From: Vitrella brassicaformis CCMP3155
Lineage: Eukaryota > Protista > Chromerida
Assembly (NCBI GenBank): GCA_001179505.1
Contig: CDMY01000624.1
Coordinates: 247,519-311,518 of the forward strand
DNA length: 64,000 nt
Direction: 5' to 3'
A program made the translations under genes and the position numbers. Of this stretch, positions 55,752 to 64,000 are shown piece by piece (position 1 is the stretch's first letter; each line of letters starts with the position of its first letter). The notes under the pieces were generated by a model. The model saw only the letters and a program-made list of their open reading frames with translations, was not told the DNA's origin and did no database searches.

Positions 55752-56989
55752 GGGAGGAATGTTATGTTGCTGGCCGGTTTGGTTTGTTGGGTGTGTGGCT
55801 ATGTGTTTGTTGCTGGCTGGCTGACTGACCTCGACAGCGATGAGGAAGGGGTTGCCGAACCGCTTGCCGTCCTTATTGGCGTGAAACACCTTCACCACCT
55901 GCCATACCACACACACACACGCCAAGCAAACAAACACACACGCGTCAATGTGTGGCTGGGCGTCAGCCAGCCCAACGCACCCACCCACCTTTGCCTTCTC
56001 CTTTTTGATCTTGTCCTTGGTCTGTGGGTCCCAGTCCGGCTCGACCCTCAGTGTCCAATAAAGGATGTTGGCCCGCGGCTCCCAGGACTCCTCGCCGTCC
56101 TTCTCCGTCCGCTGCTGCAGCCGCCGGCTGCCCCGCTGCTGCTGCGGCCGGCCGCTGCCGTGGTGGTCCTTGTCGCTGCCATTGTTGCCCGACGAGTGGG
56201 GCCAGAGGGCCTTGAGCGAAAAGTCAAGGCGCTTCCCCTCGTGCACCTGGAAGTAGCTGTCGTAGTGGTGCTTGGGCGGGGGCGGCTGGCTGCTGTGCCA
56301 GACGAGAGCGTCGGGCCGCTGGCCACCCACTCCTGGGCACTCGATGAGCCGCAGGGGGGTGTCAGGCTGGGGATCGAAGCCGCGCGACCGCATCTCGGGA
56401 GTGATCTTGCGGCGGACCTCCTGCAGGAGGTCGTTGAGGGTGGGCGACGTGGAGCTGGGCTCTGGGAGGTACAGCACCATGTAGCCGACGCAGTGGACCT
56501 GGTCGTTGAAGACCCGGACCACCCACGGCTTCATCCGGACGCTCTGGCAGACAGACAAGGAAACACACACCATACCATACATAGAGACGGTGAGACGTGA
56601 CGGCCGGACAGTGCGTGGTTTGTCGGGTGTGTTCCTGTGGTGCTGTGTGGGTGCTTTGCTCACTGCCAGTGTGAGAGAGACCATGCGTCTCTTGGGGAAG
56701 GGCAGCTTCACCACATGGGCCACAGCGAGGTCGTGAGAGTAGGAGGGAAAGAGCTGCTGCACGTCCATCTCGTAGTGCAGGACGAAGGCGTTGTTGGTCC
56801 GGTCGTCGTAGGGGTCGATCATCCGCGACACACGGTCCGAGGAGAGGTTGACGGGCGATGTGGCGTAGGCGTAGGGGTGCCGCGAGAAGACCCATATCAT
56901 CTCGGGGTTGACGTCCAGGTGCCACGCCATCGCCTCATACACCTGCACACACACACAGAGAGACAGAGAGAGAGAGATGGCCGCACACA

Positions 56990-57025
<36 letters not shown>

Positions 57026-60000
57026 TGGCCGTTTGAACCATTGACCATGTGTGAGTGTGTGTTTGGGAGAGAGGGAATAGGGAGGAGACTAACGTGTGTA
57101 CCTCTGCCTCCTTCCACCGCGTGTCGACGGTGATCTCCACCGTCTTGACGGGCCGGTACTTGGGATGGTTGCCAAACTCGTCCACACACGCGTCCATCAC
57201 CGAACCACCACCTCCTCCACCGCCACCCTGGCCGCCGCCCTTCTTCTCGCCCTCACCACCACCGCCCCCAATCTGCTGGTCCTTGTCGACCGGCGAGGCG
57301 CCGCCGCCCCCGCCCTCTGCCGAGCCGCCCTCAGACATGACAGCGTCTTCCTTGCTGCCATTCTGCATCATGGCTGATGGCGGGGAGGGTCCTGGCTCGG
57401 CGGGGGACATGCTGGCATCCGCGTCGCCGCCCTTCTTGCCCTCCTGCTGGCCGCCGCCGGACGCCTCTCGCTGCCGCTCCTTCTCACGGTCCTCTGACAC
57501 CAGACGAAGGAGCTCCCCCGAGACGCCCTCGTGCTCCGACAAAATCTGAATCAACCAACGATGAGTGGATGAGTGGATGGATGAGGCAAAGGATGGATAT
57601 CTCTTGGTCTGTCTGTCTGTCTGTCTATGTGTGTGTCAGTTCAGTCACCTGGAGGGCGTTGTAGAGTTTGACGACCATGGTGCGCTTGCAGCTTCTGTTC
57701 TTGACCCACTGGTGAGGCTCCTTGTCGGGGAAGTAGGCCTCGATAGGCCCCTCCGGCAGCTGCTTCTCCATCGCCGAAGCGTGTTCCAGCGCAGCGTCAA
57801 CCGCCAAGTCCATCAGTGCCGCAGGCGGGAGCGGCTTGGTCGGCACCCGAACCGACTGGCTGTCCGATGACGTCGTCGTCGTCACCACCGCACGATCGCC
57901 CTCCTCTCCCCCGCCCGCAGCCGCACTGACACCTGACGCATCGGCCAAAGGTGTCTGTCCATTCGGGAGCTCCGGCGCGGCGGGCCGGGCGTCGTGCATC
58001 TCTTGGTCGGGTGGCTGGGCGGGGACGGCTGCATCGGCCGCCTCGGTCTCCTGCGCCGCCCCCTCTTGGTCGACGATGCGCTGCGCCCTGGGTTCGAAGC
58101 GCTCGTCGATGTCCTTCTCGATGCGGTCGTATGTGCGCTGCAGGTCGTTCTCACGGTCCCACCTGTCCTTGTTGTACTTGTCCTCCCTCGCCCTGTCTCT
58201 CTCCGCTTCTGTCTCCGAGACGGAGCGGCACACGACGAGGACGTCGCCGTTGATGATGTTGGCGCGGTCGAAGTAGGTCTGGGGGTTGATCTTGGCGTAG
58301 GCCCGGCCGGCCTTCTGCTCCTCGAACAGTTGGTAGAAGGGCATGTGGGCCCACAGGTGGGGGCGGTCGTAGGCGTCGCGGTGGCGCAGGGGGTCCACGG
58401 ACGAGGAGTGCTGCTGCCACGCGTAGCCGCGCCAGTCATCGGGCGGCAGGACCAGACGGCCGGCGTCGATCAGGTGCTGTCCGTGCTCCAACAGGCGGAT
58501 GATGCGATTGTGCGCAAACAGCACTAACACCTGCACACACACGTGCAGAGAGAGAGAGAGAAACAGAGAGACGTGTGAACGAACGACCCTCCAGCCACTG
58601 CACTGGGTGTGTTGGGTGTCTGTCTGTCTGTCTGGGGGGGAGGGGGGATTACGGACCTGGTTGACGTAGACAATGTTGGCTGCGTCGTTTTTGGAGAACT
58701 GCCAGAGGCCGAGGTTGAACATCTCGTGTGTGATGATGTCCCAGTACTTGACGTAGAAGGTCTGGGTGCCGCTCTTCATCAAGAGGCCCGGGGCGATCTC
58801 GTCCTCTCTCAAGTGCTGCTGCGCGCACTCGTCTCGGTACCACTCCTGCTGGGCCGGGAGCTCGAACCGACGAGGGTTGGTGGCGTGGAAACAGGGGTAC
58901 CACCTTTGGTGGCACTGGACCATGACGAACAGCACTGGGTGAGTGCGGTCCCGCCGGACGGCGTAGAGCTCGCTGACGAATCGCTTCTCGGACTGGGTGA
59001 CGATCTTCCAGCGGGGCTCGCACTGGCGGCGGTACTGCACGCTGCCGAGGAAATTGACGGCGAAGAGCTGGCTGTGAAGGCCCGTCTTGCGGTTGATGGC
59101 CGAGACGATGTCCCACTGGGAGGCGTCGCGCTTGATGCCCTCGAGCTCGAACTGGTAGGGCCACTCCAAGGGGCTGGGCCACATGCCAGGCACCTCATTG
59201 CGGAAGCGGTGCTCCATCACCACACGGATCCTGCACACCGACAGACAACACACACAGATGAGTAGTGGATGTGCTGTGGTGTCTGGCTGGCCGGAGGGAG
59301 GTGCGGACCTCATGTTGTTTGCGATTTCCTCTCTGAGTTGGAGGCGCTTGAAGCTCTCCTCCTCCTCTCGCTGCACACGCTTGACCAACTCGGGGTTTGC
59401 CTGACAACAAACAGGCCACACAGACACATCTCTATCTCCCTCCCTCCCTCCCTCCCTCCCTCCCCCTCTGTGTGGGTGGGCACCCCCCACCTGTTTGGGG
59501 TCAGGCTGGCAGAGGATGTCCTGGGCCTCGCTCTCCTTGACGTAGACGAGCATGTAGGCGTTGCCGCGCCGCTCGTCGCGCTTCCAGTGGTCGTCCTTGG
59601 GCGGCATGGGCCGGTCCCTGATCTTCTCGTAGTACTCGCTCTCGGCGATGATGAACTTGCCGCCGAAGTTCTCGTCGATGGCCGCCACGCTAGAGGTCGA
59701 GTAGACCGTGTCGTCGTCGAACCGGATCCACTGGCTGCCGGGGGTCGGCCGGATGAAGCAGTAGTAATGGCCACTGCCAACCTCACCTTAGATTAGATAC
59801 ACACACACAGACACAGAGAGAGAGAGAGATCCACCGTGTCGTGTTTGCCGGTCGTTCTCCTTGTCTCTCTTTGTGTGTTGGTGGGGCCGACCTTACCCTG
59901 GTGGACGACTACGGTGTGGAGCATGTATGTGCCGGCCCCCTGGCAGAAGGGCTCGAGGTCGAGGGTCTCGGGGAACTCGAAGCGGTCGTTCACCTTAGCC

Positions 60001-63000
60001 ATGTCCATCCGCTCCAGATCGAACTGACAAACAGATAACAACACACAGGGATGTGTGTGTGTGTGTTGGGGGGGAGCTTCCTCTGTCTCTCTCCCTCTCT
60101 GCGTGTGTGTGTACCTGGAAGCGTTTGAGGTGGAAGTGCAGCACCGGTGGGAATTTGAGGAAGCGCGTGCCCTTCTTGGCGTTCTGCTTGCCGAACTTGT
60201 CGGTCTCGTATTTGTTCTCGCCCTCCAGCAGCTCCTCCTGTGTGTAGTTGCGCAGAGACGCCTCAAGGTTCGAATGCCCGCGCACATCCAACTGTGCACA
60301 CAAAGAAAGACACCCACACACACATTTTATGGCACATGAGGGTCTAGGGCTGTGTGTGTGTGTGGGGTGGGGGGAAGGCTGCACACCGAAATGTCGTAGA
60401 ACTTTTCGGTCTTTTTGGAGGTGTAGTCAACCTCAGTGCAGGACACGTACTGCTCGAACTCGCCTTCAAACAGACGGGCAATGGTGCCGTCCACAGAGGT
60501 ACCCTGACAACACACGGCACACACAACACAACACAACACAACACACGGCACACAGAAGCCAGCATGTGCGTGTGTGCGTGTGTGCGTGGGGGGTTAGTGA
60601 CTGCAGTGACGGACCTTCATTTGCTCCTCGAGTTTGTCGCAGAGGAGCCTGCTCAGCTCCTGGGCGTCGTGCTGCGTGAAGGCCTCGACCGAGTCCCACC
60701 CAAACGACCTGCACCACAACACACACACACATGGATGATCTATCTCTTTCCCCCCCTCTCCACTCGCCCTGCGTGTGTGTGTGTGTGTTTGAGTGTACTT
60801 GATGAGTTGGTTGCAGTCGACGGCCTGGTCTGACTGGTGGAGGTAGTGGAAGACCGTCTGCAGTGCCAAAGCCACAGAGGGCGTCTTCTCCTCCTACATC
60901 ACACAATCACACACACATACACACACACACACAGAAGACACCCACATACTCGAGTGTTCAGCGTGTGGAAGTGTGGCCCTCGGTGTGTCTTGTCTTGCTT
61001 CTTACGGCGAATGGGTCCATGTCGGCGTCTCCATCGCCCTCCGTCTCAGTCTCGCCTACACCACTCTCACTGACACCACAACACAACACAACACACAAGA
61101 CACCATACGAACGATCCACCTCGTCGTGTGTGCGTTAAGCCACCCTCCCCCTCCTCCCCCCTCACCGACCCGTCTCTGTGCGATCTCTGTCTGTCGGTCC
61201 GCTGCGCCTCCTCCGTGTCCATCGGCATGGGACCGCTCTCACTCCCACCACGGCCACCGCCACCCACAGGTGGGGGAGGGGGCGGCTTGCCGCCAGCAGG
61301 GACGGCGGCTGCTGCAGCGGCAGCAGCAGCAGCAGGAGGTCCCTCTCTCTTGCCGCCGTCTGCCGTGTCCGACGGCGAGGGCGACTCCTTCGTCGAATCC
61401 TTGCCAGCCAGCAGCTGATATCACCAGACAGATAGAGACACACGCACACAGAAAGTGGCTGCGGTGGGGTGCGGTGGGTCAGTCCCCCCCTGTCAGACGC
61501 ACCTCAACGTCCTTCTCGTGCGTCATGCGATAGATGGCGTCTGTGAGTTTGCCCGTGTGGTAGAGCGACTGCAGGAGGCTGTTCATGTAGCACGTCGCCC
61601 CGCTGTTGCGGATGCCGATGTAGCCGTAGTCGCCACGGGGGTTGGTGAAGGGGCCCGTGTTGGCCTCGATGTACGGCATCGCCGCCGCCCGCACCACCAG
61701 GGCGCCTTCGGGGTCCAGCCACGGGTCCAGCGGCTTCAACTGCACACAACACAGAGAAATACAGGGACAAGTGGGAGAGAGGCAGGTGTGTGATTGGGTG
61801 GTGTGGGCGGTGTGGGGGCGTACGTCGTCGAGGTTGATGAACTCGTGATATCCTCTGTCGGCGTCCTGCTTGCTGAACGAGTGGTGGTCGGCCTTGTACG
61901 CCGAACCACTGCACACACACACGCACACACAGGCGCAGAAACACGAGTTTCCTCCTCCTGCTTGTATGTGTGTGTGGGTCAGTAGACTGAGAGACTGACC
62001 GTATGTCGTGCCACTTGACGACGAGGATGGAGTAGCTGGTGTACTGGTACTGCACCAGGGGGTTGATCTGCTTGTCGAACACACCCTCCACAAAGATCGA
62101 CAAGGCCTTCTGGTGGGACCTGCTACACACACAACACGGCAGCCACAGCCACACCCAATGCACCCATCCCTCCCTCTCTCTCCCTCTCCCTCCCTCTGAC
62201 TGTGTGTGCGCGTGTGGGTGTTGGTTACTTGCCGCCCTTGATGCCCCTGGGGAAGAGCATGATTCTGAAATCGAATGCGCCGATCCGCTTCGGCGGCGAA
62301 GAGCGGATGGCCTCCTTGACCTCGAGCGGGGGCGTGGTCTTCAACACGTCCTTGAAATTCGGTAAACGAAACTCCATCTGACCCACACAGACCACAGACA
62401 GACACAGTGAGTGGGTGTCATTAAAGGGTGTCATTGTGGGTCGTGTGGGTCGGGTCGCATCGCACGCACCTCATGCTCGCCTAGCGGCGGCAGCTTGTCG
62501 CCCGTCCACTCGCACACAAAGGGCGCCTGTGTGGGCTCGCCATCGGGGTAGCTCGGCAAACCCCTACCCCGCCCACCGGCAGAAGGCGACACACCTCCAC
62601 CACCACCGCCCCCTCCCCCGCCCCCGCCGTGACTCATCCGCCCGTGGGCGTGCTGCTGCTGCTGCTGCTGCTGTGCGGGGGAGAGAGCGCCGACCTCCCG
62701 GCCAGTGGTGCCGCCCTCTGCGCCCATGATGCCCCTGACGACCCCGCCGACGGTGCGGGTGAATCCGGTCATGGTGTAGTTGCTCCACCCACCGGCTTCC
62801 ACCTGCTCGATGGACTCGCCGATGCCGCCCCCACCCCCGCCGGCCGTGGGGTGCTGTGAGGGGTGGGTGTCGCCCATGGACATGTCCTCGCCCATGCGGG
62901 AGTTGCCGCCGCCCATGAGTGGTGGGTCCTGAGGAGGAGGCTGAGGCTGCTCGGGGTCCGAGATGGCCTGCTGCTGCTGCTGCTGAGCCGTGTGGTGCTG

Positions 63001-64000
63001 TTGCTGGGCAGCAAGGGGGTTATTGGTGGTGTTGGTGGTGTTGGCTGTGCTCGTCTCAGTCTGGATTGCGGTCTCGGTCGGCTGCTGCTGCTGCTGCTGC
63101 TGCTGGTGAGCCGTGTGGTGGTGGGGCTGCTCTTCCTGTGGGCTGGTTGCCGTGGTCTGGTTGGCCTCAGTCGTCGGGTCAGGGACCTGACACACACAGC
63201 ACAGACAGACACATGAATGAGGACATTCGACTATGGACCCTCCTGATGTGGATCTGGATGTTGTGCCTCGTGTGGTGTGGTGTGGTGTGGTGTGGTGTGC
63301 GCACCTGTGTGGTGTCTACAGGTCCGTTGTCCGTCTCGGTCTGCTGGTGCTGCTGGTGCTGCTGCTGCTGGTGCCTGGTTTGCGATGTGGAGAGAGGGCC
63401 GCCGAGCGACGGCAGCACTGTCGGGTCTGGGACGCCCGACGCCGCACTCGTGAGAACCTCCTGGTGGTCTTGCTGCTGGTGGTGGTCGTCGGAGTGCGTG
63501 TGGTTGCTGTTGGTGCTGTTGGTGTGTTGGTGCAGTATCGGCACTGTGGGGAATGGGGGCAGGGCCTGTGCAGAGACACCGACAGCGTCTACACTCTGTG
63601 AGCACCCCGTTGTTGAGTCTTGGGGAGCCGGGGAGGGGAGGGGAGCCGGGGAGGGGTCGGAGTGGTGCTGCTGGGGATTGACAGACACTGACACAGACAC
63701 AGACACAGGCGCGGGCGGTGGGGCTGCTGGGGGGCCGGCCGACGATAGGCAGGGCTCGACCACCGATGGCAGGCCGTTCTCCTGGGGCAAAGAAGGCTGG
63801 TGCTGACGCTGCTGATGCGGCTCGACGATCGACTGGTCGGGCGCCTCAGCAGGCTGCTGCTCTTCCTGCTGGTCGGCAGCAGGAACAGATGGGTCAACTG
63901 TACTTGACTCTACAGCCAAATCTGACACGCAGCACACACACATACACACACATACTAGGGCAGCCAGTGGTGCGTTGGCTGGTGCTCTCTGCGGGTCAAG
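55226..64000 (-). CDS. USP7: USP7/UBP12-13-like ubiquitin-specific protease (MATH + C19 peptidase + C-terminal region); 5' end beyond the window
   Basis: MATH exons (FDFRIMLFPRG, HHSFSKQDADRGYHEFI); Cys box GIRNSGATCYMNSLLQSLYH; QHDAQELSRLLCDKLEEQMK; KGTRFLKFPPVLHFHLKRF; His box HTVVVHQG-EVGSGHYYCFI-WIRFDD; final exon EHDEPHGINRTIRRERALKLG* resembles the USP7 activating tail. Orthology is inferred. Confidence 0.88.

Overview
Intron-rich, GC-rich eukaryotic genomic DNA with two 300-N scaffold gaps (3398-3697, 33226-33525). The short GT-AG introns are full of (CA)n/(GT)n/(CTGT)n microsatellites; this style and the ankyrin family suggest the chromerid alveolate Vitrella brassicaformis (inference, not searched). 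Most supplied six-frame ORFs are single exons or microsatellite/antisense artefacts, so I assembled gene models by hand from splice sites and frame. 1-22.7 kb is a recombining tandem array of ankyrin-repeat genes plus one ubiquitin-like/RING gene; two array members splice into C-terminal RING fingers. The rest holds an aldehyde dehydrogenase and a partial paralogue, a helical-repeat/RAP-like protein, a GH15 glycoside hydrolase homologue that appears catalytically dead, membrane protein gene(s), a 5'-nucleotidase, RUVBL1 and a USP7-like deubiquitinase. Top leads: (1) modular ANK-RING E3 ligases, including an N-myristoylated chimera, an in-frame double-ANK fusion and RINGs split by a 45-54 aa insert; (2) the GH15 pseudo-enzyme; (3) introns with AC repeats after the donor and GT repeats before the acceptor, which could pair. 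No rRNA, tRNA, CRISPR array or transposase was recognised. All alignments are by eye.
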